Assembly (NCBI GenBank): GCA_964202905.1
Contig: CAXNJO010000005.1
Span: forward strand, 192,001-256,000
DNA: 64,000 bases
Direction: 5' to 3'
Origin: Polyangiales bacterium
Lineage (GTDB): Bacteria > Myxococcota_A > Polyangia > Polyangiales > JADJQN01
The translations under genes and the position numbers were made by a program. Positions 9,044 through 19,037 of this stretch are shown piece by piece (position 1 is the first letter of the stretch; every line of letters starts with the position of its first letter). The notes under the pieces were generated by a model. The model was not told the DNA's origin and made no database searches. It saw only the letters and a program-made list of their open reading frames with translations.

Positions 9044-10059
9044 CGGCGGTCCATCCAGTCTCTCACGAGCGGCCAGACCGTGAGCGGGGCGGCGCGACCG
9101 ATCACGAGGTCGACGTGGCCGAGGGGAAACTCGCGGTACGTCTTGTCGCGCGAGCGGCTGTTGTCGTAGGCCGGGCGCACGCTCTCGGGCGGCGCGAGCA
9201 GATCGTGCGTCCCGGCGACGACGAGCAGCGGGCGCTGCAGCATCTCGAACGCGACCCCGTAGTCCGTCTGACCGTCGAGGCTCTTCAGGGCCGCCTCCTG
9301 CCCGGCGCGCACGATGTCGAGCGCGACCGAGAGGCTCGTGTGATCGAAGGCGCGCGCGAGGTAGTCGTCGAGCACCGCGCGCTCCGTCGAGCCGGGCGAC
9401 CACGGGCGGATCGGCATCGGCAGGGCCTTCAAATCCCAGAGCGCCGCGCGCTTGCGCAGGTGCTTGCCGAGAAAGCGCAGCGGCACGGCGGGGTTCTCGT
9501 CGACGAGGCCGGTGAAGCGCACCGCGCTCGCGAGCGCCGAGACCGCGAGCAGCGTGCGGCTGCCGAGCCCGAAGCGATACGGCGAGCCGAGCGTCACGAC
9601 GCCGCGCACGCGGTCGCGCAGCAGCGTGCCCGCGACGCTGTAGGCGATGAGCCCGCCCATCGAGTGGCCCACGAGGAAGAGCTTGTCCTGGCCGGACACC
9701 GCGAGGGCCTCGGTGACGAAGGCGGGGAGGTCCTGCTGGATGTAGTCGTCGAGCAGCCGCGGGCGGCGCGCGCCGAAGCGCCGCGAGCGCCCGTGACCGC
9801 GCAGATCGACGTTGAAGACGTCCCAGCCATCGGCCGCGAGGTAGGCGGAGAAGCTGCGGTGGATGTTGTGCCACGTGTAGCGGTTCTGCCCGAAGCCGTG
9901 GATGAGCATGACCGCGCCGCGCGTCTCCGCGAGGCCGTGGAGGCGCTTGCGCACCATCCCGAGCGGGTGCTCGCCGGGGATCATGAGGACGTCCTTCGCG
10001 AAGACCGCGCGCTGGTCGCCGTCGATGGTCTGCTCGACGGTCTCGGAGCGGAGGAGCAT
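9040..10059 (-). CDS. Alpha/beta hydrolase (lipase/PhaC-like fold)
   Basis: LIHGFGQN, DLRGHGRS, GHSMGG nucleophile elbow, D(LL)A and GHVDL triad residues. Confidence 0.88.
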   Translation of the reverse strand: MLLRSETVEQTIDGDQRAVFAKDVLMIPGEHPLGMVRKRLHGLAETRGAVMLIHGFGQNRYTWHNIHRSFSAYLAADGWDVFNVDLRGHGRSRRFGARRPRLLDDYIQQDLPAFVTEALAVSGQDKLFLVGHSMGGLIAYSVAGTLLRDRVRGVVTLGSPYRFGLGSRTLLAVSALASAVRFTGLVDENPAVPLRFLGKHLRKRAALWDLKALPMPIRPWSPGSTERAVLDDYLARAFDHTSLSVALDIVRAGQEAALKSLDGQTDYGVAFEMLQRPLLVVAGTHDLLAPPESVRPAYDNSRSRDKTYREFPLGHVDLVIGRAAPLTVWPLVRDWMDRR

Positions 10060-10174
10060 GAGCGCGGGATGCTAGCAGCGGCGCGCGCCCGATGCTGCAC
10101 TGCGGCATGGCTTGCGCACGCGCGTGGCCCGGGGCAGCCGCGGGGCGCGCACGGCCGCGTGCTACCGTCGCGCG

Positions 10175-10759
10175 ATGCCCCGTATTTGTTGGACGCCTCC
10201 GCCCGCCCACCGCGCCGCGCTGCGCGGGCTCTCGTCCCTCTGTGCCGCGAGCGCGCTCGCCGCCGCGCTCCTCGCGCCGGGGGCAGCGCACGCCGCGCCG
10301 CCCGATGCGGGCCACGTCCGCGAGCTCTTGAGCGGCTACGAGGGCGGCCCCGCGGAGGCCACCTGGCGCGCGCTCGGCCCCGAGACGCTGGCGGTGCTGA
10401 TCGCGCTCTACGACGCGCCGCAGGAGGCGCCCTTCGTGCGTCAGCGCGCGATCGCGGCGGCCGCGTACTACCCGTCGGCCGCGACGCGCACCTTTCTGCA
10501 CGCGGTGCTCGTGACGCCCGGGCAGAGCGACCTCTTCCTGCGCACGGCCGTCGACGCGCTCGCGCGGGCCTTCGGCGCGGACGCGTGGGCCGAGGTGCAG
10601 CCGTGGCTCGCGCATCCCGCGGTGACGGTGCGGATGGGCGCGGTGCGCGCGGCCGTGCGCATCGGCACGCCGGCCACCCGCACCGCCCTGCGCGCGCGCC
10701 TGCGCGTCGAGCAGGACGCCGAGGTCCGCGACGCGCTCACCGCGGCCCTGGCTCGCTGA
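10175..10759 (+). CDS. Secreted HEAT-repeat protein
   Basis: Signal peptide ending AHA; LAHPAVTVRMGAVRAA, EQDAEVRDAL HEAT-like repeats. Confidence 0.7.
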   Translation: MPRICWTPPPAHRAALRGLSSLCAASALAAALLAPGAAHAAPPDAGHVRELLSGYEGGPAEATWRALGPETLAVLIALYDAPQEAPFVRQRAIAAAAYYPSAATRTFLHAVLVTPGQSDLFLRTAVDALARAFGADAWAEVQPWLAHPAVTVRMGAVRAAVRIGTPATRTALRARLRVEQDAEVRDALTAALAR

Positions 10760-10856
10760 TCGGGCGCCCGCGCGCTCGTCACGGCAGGCACGCGGACCGC
10801 GACACGCCCGCGCGCCGACATCGACGCGCGCGGGCTGACCGTGGCGCGTGGTGGGG

Positions 10857-11744
10857 TCAGCGCCAGAGCGCGATGCCGCCGAGGATCCCCGCGTCGTTCG
10901 AGACGAGCCGCACGTTCGCGGGGAGCTCGCCGACGATGCGCTTCGCGTTGCCGCCCCCGAGGTAGATGACGCGCGGATTGAAGATGGGCTGCAATTGCGC
11001 GAGCGCCTCGCGCACGCGCTTCGACCACTTCTTCTTGCCGAGGCGCTCGAAGGTCGCGTTGTCGAGGTACTCCTCGTAGGTCGCGCCCTTGCGGAAGGGG
11101 TGGTGCCCGAACTCGAGGTTCGGCACGAGGATTCCGTCGATGAAGAGCGACGAGCCGACGCCCGTGCCGAGCGTCAGGCAGAGCTCGACGCCGTGCCCCT
11201 CGATCGCGCCGAAGCCCTGGATCGCGGCGTCGTTGAGCACGCGCGAGGGCTTCAGCGTGAGCTTGGTGACGGCGGCGTCGACGTCGACGTTCGCCCAGCT
11301 CGGGTCGAGGTTCGGCGCGGTGTGCACGATCCCGTCCATCACGACGCCCGGGAAGCCCACCGACACGCGGTCGAAGTGGGGCTGCACCTTGACCACCTGC
11401 GCGAGCGCGGCGAGCAGGGCGCGCGGCGTCGCGGGGCGCGGCGTGTCGACGCGGACGCGCTCGTTGAGCGGCTTGCCGTCGTGATCGAGCACCATGCCCT
11501 TGAGCCCCGTCCCACCGATGTCGAGCGCGAGGGTTCGCGGGCCTTTGGCCATCACCAAAGAGGGTGTCGCGTCGTCCGCGTGACGCGACGCGCCACGCTT
11601 CGCCGGCTTCGCCTCGACGTCCACGGACGCGGCGCGCTTCGGTTTCTTCGCGGCGTCGTCCACGGCCCCCGCGCGCTTCGCCTGCTTCGACTGCTTCGCC
11701 GCCACGTCCCCGACGCGCGGCGCCCTGCCCTTCGCGATGCTCAT
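10857..11744 (-). CDS. ROK-family sugar kinase / polyphosphate glucokinase-like
   Basis: LALDIGGTGLKG, VGFPGVV, LNDAAIQG, LTLGTGVGS, PNLEFGH, YLGGGN; alternative start ATG 11552. Confidence 0.88.
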   Translation of the reverse strand: MSIAKGRAPRVGDVAAKQSKQAKRAGAVDDAAKKPKRAASVDVEAKPAKRGASRHADDATPSLVMAKGPRTLALDIGGTGLKGMVLDHDGKPLNERVRVDTPRPATPRALLAALAQVVKVQPHFDRVSVGFPGVVMDGIVHTAPNLDPSWANVDVDAAVTKLTLKPSRVLNDAAIQGFGAIEGHGVELCLTLGTGVGSSLFIDGILVPNLEFGHHPFRKGATYEEYLDNATFERLGKKKWSKRVREALAQLQPIFNPRVIYLGGGNAKRIVGELPANVRLVSNDAGILGGIALWR

Positions 11745-11868
11745 GGGGCGCGAGGATACACACGGGACGCCACGCGGGACGCGTTCTTCGACCGCGGGGC
11801 GCCGACGGTCGCGGCAGCGCGAGGTCCGCGTTGCCATGCGCGGGCCGTTCGCGTTACGAGTCGCCCCC

Positions 11869-14256
11869 ATGGCCTCCTCTTCCTCCGCCGAGTCCGCCGC
11901 CCCCGCGGGCGCCCCCGAGCGCCCCGCGCCCGACGCCCCGCAAGAGGCGCACGACGCCTACTGGCTCGCGCACGTCTACAAGCCGGACGAGCCGCAGCTC
12001 ACGGCCCGCGCGGTGATCGCCGGGATGCTGCTCGGCGGCGTGATGTCCGTGTCGAACCTCTACATCGGCATGAAGATCGGCTGGAGCCTCGGGATGGCGA
12101 TCACCTCGACCATCCTCGCCTTCGCGTCGTTCAAGCTCGCCGAGTCGCTGCGCCTCACGCGCCGCGGGCTCTCGCAGCTCGAGAACAACACCGTCGCGAG
12201 CACGGCCTCGGCCGCCGGCTACTTCTCGTCCGCGGGCATGGTCTCCGCGATCCCGGCGCTCTTCCTCACGCAGCAGCGCGTGCTGACGTGGTGGGAGCTC
12301 TCGGTGTGGATGTTCGGCGTGTCGGTCGTCGGCGTGTTCATGGCCATCCCGATGCGGCGGCAGATGATCGACATCGACCGCCTCCCCTTCCCGAGCGGCA
12401 TCGCGTGCGCCGAGACGATCCGCTCGATGGGCGAGAGCGCGGGCGAGGCCGTGAAGAAGGCGCGCGCGCTGCTGCTCGCGGGCGTGTTCGCGGCGCTCGT
12501 CGAGATCCCCGCGCAGGTCGGCGCGATCACGCGCCGCACGGGCGAGGTGCTCTTCAAGAACCCGCTCACCTGGGGTGAGCACCTGCACCTGCCTGGCGCG
12601 CTCGCGGGCAAGAGCTTGCTCTCGTACACGCTCGCGCTGCCGACCTCGCCGCTGCTCTACGCGGCGGGCGCGCTCATCGGTGTGCGCGTCGCGTTCTCGC
12701 TCGCGTTCGGCTCGCTCGTGCTCTACCTCGGGCTCGTGCCGTGGCTCGCGGAGAGCGGCATCGTCGTCGTCGTCCCCGACCAGCCGGGCCTCACGTACCG
12801 ATCGGTGCTCGCGTGGTCGGTGTGGCCGGGCGTGATGGCCGCGCTCGCGGCGAGCCTCGTGCAGTTCGCCTTCAAGTGGCGGACGGTGCTCCAGGCCTTC
12901 GGCTCGCTCGGCAAGCTCGCGAAGACGGGCAGCGGGCCGAGCGGGATCGCCGCCGTGGAGGTGCCGCCCGCGTGGTTCCTCTGGGGCATGCTCGGCGCGA
13001 CGATCTACGTCTGCATCGCGGGGTACGCGATCTTCGACATCCCCGTGTGGATGAGCGTGCTCGCGGTGGCGATGTCGTTCCTGCTCTCGATCGTGGCCTG
13101 CCGCGCGACGGGCGAGACGGATGTCACGCCGATCGGCGCGCTCGGGAAGATCACGCAGCTCACCTTCGCGGCGCTGCACCCCGGCAGCTACGCGACGAAC
13201 CTCATGACCGCGTCGGTGACCGCGGGCTCGGCCGCGCACTCCGCGGATCTGCTCACCGACCTGAAGACGGGACACCTGCTCGGCGGCTCGCCGCGGCGGC
13301 AGTTCATCGCGCAGATGTTCGGCATCCTCGCGGGCGCGGTCTTCTGCGTGCCGGCCTACCTGCTCGTCGCGCAGCCCGACAAGATCGGCACCGCGGAGCT
13401 CCCCGCGCCCGCCGCGCAGACCTGGGCCGTGGTCGCGGATCTGCTCGCGCGCGGCGTCGAACAGAAGGAGCGCGGGGAGGGCGTCGCGGTCGCCGCGGAC
13501 CTCGAGGCCGTGGGCGTGACGCGCCGGCCGCCGGGCACCGTCGCGGGCGACACGCTCGTCGTCGACGCGGGCCCCTTCGCCGGCAACTACCGCATCGCGT
13601 CGGTGCTGCGCGGCGCGCTCGTGCTCGCGCGCGACCTGCCCACGCTCCCGGCGGCGGAGCAGGAGGGCGCCCCCTTCGCCGCGCACGTCCGCGGCGCGGA
13701 CGGCACCGAGCGCGGCGAGACGGGGGTCAAGCGCGCGGTGACGCGCAAGCCCGCGCTCCGCTTCGGGCAGCCCGTCGCGGGCACGCAGGTCGGCGACTAC
13801 GTGCTCGCCTCGCTGCCGGGGCGCGAGGTCTGGCATCGCATCGAGGCCCGGCGGGGCGACGTCGCGTCGCTCGATCACGCCTTCGCCGGCGGCGCGGACG
13901 AGACGCGCGTCGCGGTGAGCAAGCGGACGCTGCCGCCCTTCGCGATGACGGCGACGGCGCTCGGCGTGCTGCTCGGCATCCTGCTCGCGCTCACCGAGAT
14001 GTTCGCCCCCGCGGGCGTGCGCCGCTACATGCCGAGCATCGCGGGGATGGGCATCGCGTGGGTCATCACGGGCTACGACGCGCTCGCGATGGCGATCGGC
14101 GCCGCGCTCGCGTGGGTCTTCACGCGCGTGAACGCGAAGGGCGCGGAGGCGTTCACCGTGCCGGCCGCCTCGGGCATCCTCGCCGGCGCCTCGCTCATCG
14201 GCCTGCTGGTCATCTTCCTCAAGGACATCCTCAAGGTGCTCGCCGGCGTCGAGTGA
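11869..14256 (+). CDS. OPT/YSL-family oligopeptide (metal-chelate) transporter with inserted soluble domain
   Basis: PQLTARAV..SNLYIGMKIGW, LENNTVAS, LPFPSGIACAET, RATGETDVTP, DLLTDLKTGHLLG, PAPAAQTW, AASGILAG. Confidence 0.92.
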   Translation: MASSSSAESAAPAGAPERPAPDAPQEAHDAYWLAHVYKPDEPQLTARAVIAGMLLGGVMSVSNLYIGMKIGWSLGMAITSTILAFASFKLAESLRLTRRGLSQLENNTVASTASAAGYFSSAGMVSAIPALFLTQQRVLTWWELSVWMFGVSVVGVFMAIPMRRQMIDIDRLPFPSGIACAETIRSMGESAGEAVKKARALLLAGVFAALVEIPAQVGAITRRTGEVLFKNPLTWGEHLHLPGALAGKSLLSYTLALPTSPLLYAAGALIGVRVAFSLAFGSLVLYLGLVPWLAESGIVVVVPDQPGLTYRSVLAWSVWPGVMAALAASLVQFAFKWRTVLQAFGSLGKLAKTGSGPSGIAAVEVPPAWFLWGMLGATIYVCIAGYAIFDIPVWMSVLAVAMSFLLSIVACRATGETDVTPIGALGKITQLTFAALHPGSYATNLMTASVTAGSAAHSADLLTDLKTGHLLGGSPRRQFIAQMFGILAGAVFCVPAYLLVAQPDKIGTAELPAPAAQTWAVVADLLARGVEQKERGEGVAVAADLEAVGVTRRPPGTVAGDTLVVDAGPFAGNYRIASVLRGALVLARDLPTLPAAEQEGAPFAAHVRGADGTERGETGVKRAVTRKPALRFGQPVAGTQVGDYVLASLPGREVWHRIEARRGDVASLDHAFAGGADETRVAVSKRTLPPFAMTATALGVLLGILLALTEMFAPAGVRRYMPSIAGMGIAWVITGYDALAMAIGAALAWVFTRVNAKGAEAFTVPAASGILAGASLIGLLVIFLKDILKVLAGVE

Positions 14257-14352
14257 GCCACTGAAACATCTGTAGTTTCAATATTCTAGCGACGAGTGAG
14301 CACCATCTCCCATCGCCGTCGCGCGGGCCGAGGCAGGGACTCCAACGTCACC

Positions 14353-14389
14353 GAAGAATCCGATTCTTCTGCACCGAGAATCGGATTCT
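14353..14389. repeat. Pair of 13-bp palindromes forming a hairpin between convergent genes
   Basis: AGAATCCGATTCT (14355-14367) and its reverse complement AGAATCGGATTCT (14377-14389). Confidence 0.7.
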
Positions 14390-14401
14390 GAGCGCAGCGA
14401 A

Positions 14402-15471
14402 TCAATCGTTGTTGGGCGCGACTGCGAGACCGAGGCAGTCGACGTTGTACGGCACCGTACCGTCGGCATCCGGCGTGCCGGCCGTGCTCGTCCCGCTCGT
14501 CTGGCCGAGCACCTTCACGGGCGCGTCGGTGTACGCGAGCATCACGCACATCTCATCCTCGCGATCGAGGCCGAAGAGCACGGGCGCATCGGAGGCGTTG
14601 TCGTACGTGCACGTGAGCCGGAAGCCCGTCGCGCCCGCGACGTTGAAGGGCTCGGTCATCGTCAGGCCGAGCGGGTCGCCGACGCCGCCGCCCGAGTCGT
14701 AGACGACGTCGCCGTCACGCGTGCCGCCGGAGAGTTCGAGCGTGAAGCCCGTCGCGATCTCGTGAAAGTGCGGGAGCACGTAGTAGATGTTGAAGTCCAT
14801 CGGGCGACGCGCGCGGCTGCGGTAGCTCGTCGCGACGTTGCAGTCGGTGCTGAACGCGCCGACGGTGCGCGCGGGGATCTCGAGCGCGGAGTTCGAGATG
14901 TAGAGCTCCTGGAGCGGCGTCGTCACGGAGGCCTCGGGCAGCGTCACCGCCTGCACCGTCATCGCCGTCGTGAAGCGCTCGCTCGTGATGTTGAGCAGGT
15001 GCACGCCGCCGAGGATGCGCGAGCGCGGCGGGATGCGGAACGCCGCGCCGGGGGGAAACGCCTGCCGATCCGTCTCCGACTGCGTGCTCATCGCGAAGAA
15101 CACGCCGCCCGCCGTACCCGCGACGACCTCGCTGTACTCGCGCGCATTGCAATCCCACATGCCGTCGGGGCCCGTGAACTGGTCCTCGGGGACGAAGAGC
15201 AGGTTCGCGTGGTGGAAGCCGCCCTGCGTCGTCATCTCGACGGTGTTGATCCAGAGCTCTTCGTCGTTGTCGAGGGTCCAGCTCTGGCACGTGTAGACGT
15301 TGTCGCCGGGGTTCAGCACGAAGCCGGGGAAGGTGTGCGCGATCGTGCCCGGCGGAGGAGGCGGAGGCGGCGGGCGGCATCAGCGGGCGCCTCGGTCCCG
15401 CACGCGGACGCGAGCAGCAGGGCGAGCGGAGCGACGCACGACGAGAGCGAGCGGAGGGAGACGCGCGATCA
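14402..15471 (-). CDS. Copper type II ascorbate-dependent monooxygenase (PHM/DBH-like) lipoprotein; 5' end frameshifted
   Basis: FHH, VHLLN, PHFH and DEMC copper-ligand motifs; upstream frame gives LALLLASAC lipobox; start position approximate. Confidence 0.72.
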
Positions 15472-15521
15472 CCGGCCGACGGTAGCGAGCGACGCGGCGC
15501 GGGGTCAAACGCCGCGACGAC

Positions 15522-16349
15522 TCACAGATCGATCGCCTCGACCGGCAGCGACTCGACGTCGATGCCGACGAAGCGCGAGGCCATCTCCGCGAAGCGCCCC
15601 GGCAGATCCGTGACGAGGAGGCGCAGGTCGCCGCCCTGCTCGCGGCCACGCGCGAGGCCACGCGCCTCGAGCAGCAGCCGCAGCTCGTGCGCCGTCGCCT
15701 GCGCGCTGTCGACGACGGCGACCGGGTGCCCCACCGCGCGCTCCGCTTCCGCGCGGATGATGCCGGCGAGCAGCGGGTAGTGCGTGCACCCGAGCACGAG
15801 CGCATCGATGTCGTGGCGCGCGAGCGGCGCGAGGTAGCGGCGCACGGCGAGCTCGGGCACCTCGCCCTCGAGCCAGCCCTCCTCGACGAGCGGGACGAGC
15901 AGCGGCGCGGCCTGCTGGAAGACCTCGACGCGCGAGCTCTCGCCCGCGATGGCGCGCGGGTAGGCGCCCGAGAGCACCGTGCCCGCCGTGGCGAGCACGC
16001 CGATGCGACCGCTGCGCGTGGCCGCGACGCCCGCGCGCGCGCCCGGCTCGATCACGCCGAGCACGGGGATGTCGAGCTCGACGCGCAAGGCGTCGAGGGC
16101 GACCGCGCTCACCGTGTTGCAGGCGACGACGAGGAGCTTCACGCCGCGCTCGGCGAGGCGTCGGCCGCAGCCCTGCGCGTACCGCACCACCGTCGCGGCG
16201 CTGCGCGTGCCGTAGGGGACGCGCGCGGTGTCGCCGAGGTAGACGAGATCCTCGCCGGGGAGCGCGTCGCGCAGCGCCCGCGCGACGGTGAGGCCGCCGA
16301 GTCCGGAGTCGAAGACGCCGATCGGCGCCGCGGGCGAGGGCACGGGCAT
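15522..16349 (-). CDS. murI: Glutamate racemase
   Basis: IGVFDSGLGGLTV, YLGDTARVPYG, VACNT, LVLGCTHYP. Confidence 0.97.
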   Translation of the reverse strand: MPVPSPAAPIGVFDSGLGGLTVARALRDALPGEDLVYLGDTARVPYGTRSAATVVRYAQGCGRRLAERGVKLLVVACNTVSAVALDALRVELDIPVLGVIEPGARAGVAATRSGRIGVLATAGTVLSGAYPRAIAGESSRVEVFQQAAPLLVPLVEEGWLEGEVPELAVRRYLAPLARHDIDALVLGCTHYPLLAGIIRAEAERAVGHPVAVVDSAQATAHELRLLLEARGLARGREQGGDLRLLVTDLPGRFAEMASRFVGIDVESLPVEAIDL

Positions 16350-16583
16350 CGACGCTCAGCGCGCGCCCCGCGACGCCAAGCGCCGCTCGCTCTCCCCTGC
16401 GCGCCACCGCTCCATCGCGGCTTTATACGGGCGTCGGCGCGGGGCGGCCAGCGTGGGCGACACGCGGCCAGCGCGGGGTCGGGCGTCACGCGCGCGCGGC
16501 GACGCGGCCGCACGGCGACGGACGCGAAGCTAGGCGGGGACGCAGGGTGTTGGTAGAGTGGCCGCGGCTCCGGCCGCGTCTGC

Positions 16584-19037
16584 ATGACCTCCGCGCCTCA
16601 GATCCTGATCGTCGACGAGGACGCGGGCCACCGCGGCGCGCTCGCGGGCGCGTTGCGGGAGGCCGGGCTCGACACGCTCGAGGCCCCCGACGTCGCGCAC
16701 GCGCTCGCGGCGATCGCGGCGACGCGCCCCGGGCTCGTGCTCTGCGGCCTTCCCGTCGACGAAGCGGTCGACCTGCGAACCCTGGCGGGCGCCGCGGACG
16801 CGACCGCGGGCGACTTCACGCTCGTCGTGCTCGTCGACGGAGACGACGAGGTCGAGCGGGCCTTCGACGGCGGCGCGGACGACGTGCTGCGCAAGCCGCA
16901 GCGCCCCGCGGAGCTGCGCCGCGCGGAGCTGCTCGGACGCGTGCGGAGCCACCTGCGGCATCGGCATCACCTCGAGGAGCTCGGCCGCAAGGAGCACGAC
17001 GCGCAGGTGATGGTCGAGCTCACGCAGGCCCTCGCCTCGTCGCTCGACTTCCGCGAGATCCTCTTCACGGTCGTGCGGCGCATCGCGGACGTCGTGCGCG
17101 TCGACCGCGTGAGCATCGTGCTCGCGCCGGAGGACGCCAAGGTCGGCTACGTGGTCGCGGCCTCCGACGACGAGCAGCTCGCGAATCTGCGCATCGATCT
17201 CGCGAAATACCCCGAGATCCAGCAGGTTTTGCGCACGCGCGCGGCGCTCGCGATCCCGGACGTCGCGACGCATCCCGTGCTCGACGGAGTGCGCGACGAC
17301 GTGGCGCGCACGGGCCTCGCGTCGCTCTCGCTGCTGCCGATCGTCTGGGAGGAGCAGGCCATGGGCGTGCTCTTTCTGCGCGCGGCCTCGACGCGCGGCC
17401 CGCTCACGCCGCGCGAGGTCGGCTTCTGTCAGGTCGTGGCCAACGCGACCGCGGTCGCGCTCCGCAACGCGCGCGTGATGCAGTCGCTCCGGGACGAGAC
17501 GCAGCAGGTCACCTTCGCGCGCTTCGAGGCCGAGCGGCGGAGCCGCGCGCTCAAGCGCTACGCGGACTACTTCGTATCGGCGGCCGATGGACTCGCCGCG
17601 CTCGACACCGAGGGGCGTCTGCTCTTCGGCAACCCGCGCGCCTTCGAGCTCGTCGGCTACGAGGAGCAGGATCTGCTCGCGCACAAGCTGCGCGAGATCG
17701 TGCACCCCGACGACGTCGCCCGGGCGCGCGCGCTCTCGGCGGGCTTCGCGCGCGGTGAGTTCCCGCGCGGCGTCGACCTGCGCGTGCGCCGCAAGGACGG
17801 CGCCGAGCGCACGCTGAACTTCAGCTTCTCGCCCCTCATCGACGGCGAAGGCGCGGTGCTGTTCTCCTTCCGCGACGTCACCGAAGAGCGCGCGACGGCC
17901 GCCGAGCTCACGCAGACGAAGGAGTTCCTCGAGTCGCTCATCGACGCCTCGGTCGACCCGATCGTCGCGGCCGACATGCGGGGCACGATCCTCCTGTTCA
18001 ACACGGGCGCCGAGCGCGTCTACGGCTACGCCGCCGCCGACGTCGTCGGCACGATGAGCGTCGCGCGGCTCTACCCCAAGGGCGGCGCGCACGAGGTCAT
18101 GCGCCTGCTCCGCGCGCCGCAGCACGGCGGCGTCGGGCGCCTCACGAGCCTGCGCTGCGACGCGGTCGACGCGGCGGGCGCGATCATCCCCATCTCGCTC
18201 TCGGCCGCGATCGTCTACGACGGCGCCGAGGCCGTCGCGACCTTCGGCATCTTCACGGATCTGCGCGACAAACTCCGCGCGGAGGAGCGCCTCGCGCAGG
18301 CGCAGGAGAAGCTCGCCGTCACCGAGAAACAGGCGCTCATCGCGGAACTCGCGGGCACCGCCGCGCACGAGCTGAACCAGCCGCTGCAGTGCGTGATGGC
18401 CTACGCGGACATGCTCGTCCGCAAACTCCCGCAGGGCGGCAGCGAGCAGCACTACGCGCGCACCGTCGTCGGCGAAGCCGAGCGGATGAAGGACATCGTC
18501 CGCAAGATCGGCAAGATCACGAAGTACGAGACGAAGTCGTACGTCGGCGCGCAGCGCATCCTCGATCTCGACAAGGCCGTCGGCGACACACGCGAGAGCG
18601 AGCCGGGCCGCCTCACCTCCTCGTGGCCCCCGGCGCCCGCCCCCGCGCGGCCCAGCCAGCCGCCCCTCGAGTCGCTGCCGCGGCCGAGCGCGACGCCGAC
18701 GGACGACCTCCCGCGGCGCAGCCAGTTGCCGCCGGGCGGCTTCCCGCGGCCGAGCCAGTCGCCGCCGAGCGGCCTGCGACGCCCGGCGCCGCTCGGCCTC
18801 GAGGGGGGCGCGGGCGCCTTCCCCGTCGAGGGCGCGTCCCGCGCGAGTCAGCTCCCGCCTGGGGGCTTTGCGCGGCCGAGCCAGTCCCCGCCGCCCGCGC
18901 ACGAGCCAGCGCCGCGCGCGCCCTCGGCCGTGTTCAAGCGCCCCAGCTCCCCGGGTCGCGAGGTGGCCCCCGATGAGGTCGGCGGTACGGACCCATCCAC
19001 CCCCCCCCTCCCCCCCAAGGAAGGGGGCGGCACATGA
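16584..19037 (+). CDS. Pseudo-receiver-GAF-PAS-PAS-HisKA protein lacking HATPase domain, Pro-rich tail
   Basis: ILIVDED..LVLCG (no acceptor Asp); GAF; VHPDD PAS; AAHELNQPL H-box; no N/G1/F/G2 boxes. Confidence 0.85.
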   Translation: MTSAPQILIVDEDAGHRGALAGALREAGLDTLEAPDVAHALAAIAATRPGLVLCGLPVDEAVDLRTLAGAADATAGDFTLVVLVDGDDEVERAFDGGADDVLRKPQRPAELRRAELLGRVRSHLRHRHHLEELGRKEHDAQVMVELTQALASSLDFREILFTVVRRIADVVRVDRVSIVLAPEDAKVGYVVAASDDEQLANLRIDLAKYPEIQQVLRTRAALAIPDVATHPVLDGVRDDVARTGLASLSLLPIVWEEQAMGVLFLRAASTRGPLTPREVGFCQVVANATAVALRNARVMQSLRDETQQVTFARFEAERRSRALKRYADYFVSAADGLAALDTEGRLLFGNPRAFELVGYEEQDLLAHKLREIVHPDDVARARALSAGFARGEFPRGVDLRVRRKDGAERTLNFSFSPLIDGEGAVLFSFRDVTEERATAAELTQTKEFLESLIDASVDPIVAADMRGTILLFNTGAERVYGYAAADVVGTMSVARLYPKGGAHEVMRLLRAPQHGGVGRLTSLRCDAVDAAGAIIPISLSAAIVYDGAEAVATFGIFTDLRDKLRAEERLAQAQEKLAVTEKQALIAELAGTAAHELNQPLQCVMAYADMLVRKLPQGGSEQHYARTVVGEAERMKDIVRKIGKITKYETKSYVGAQRILDLDKAVGDTRESEPGRLTSSWPPAPAPARPSQPPLESLPRPSATPTDDLPRRSQLPPGGFPRPSQSPPSGLRRPAPLGLEGGAGAFPVEGASRASQLPPGGFARPSQSPPPAHEPAPRAPSAVFKRPSSPGREVAPDEVGGTDPSTPPLPPKEGGGT

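Noticed and set aside
14340..14417. Integron attC site (..CCAAC ... GTTGGGC)
   Set aside because: Poor symmetry, the right box lies inside a CDS, and there is no cassette array or integrase
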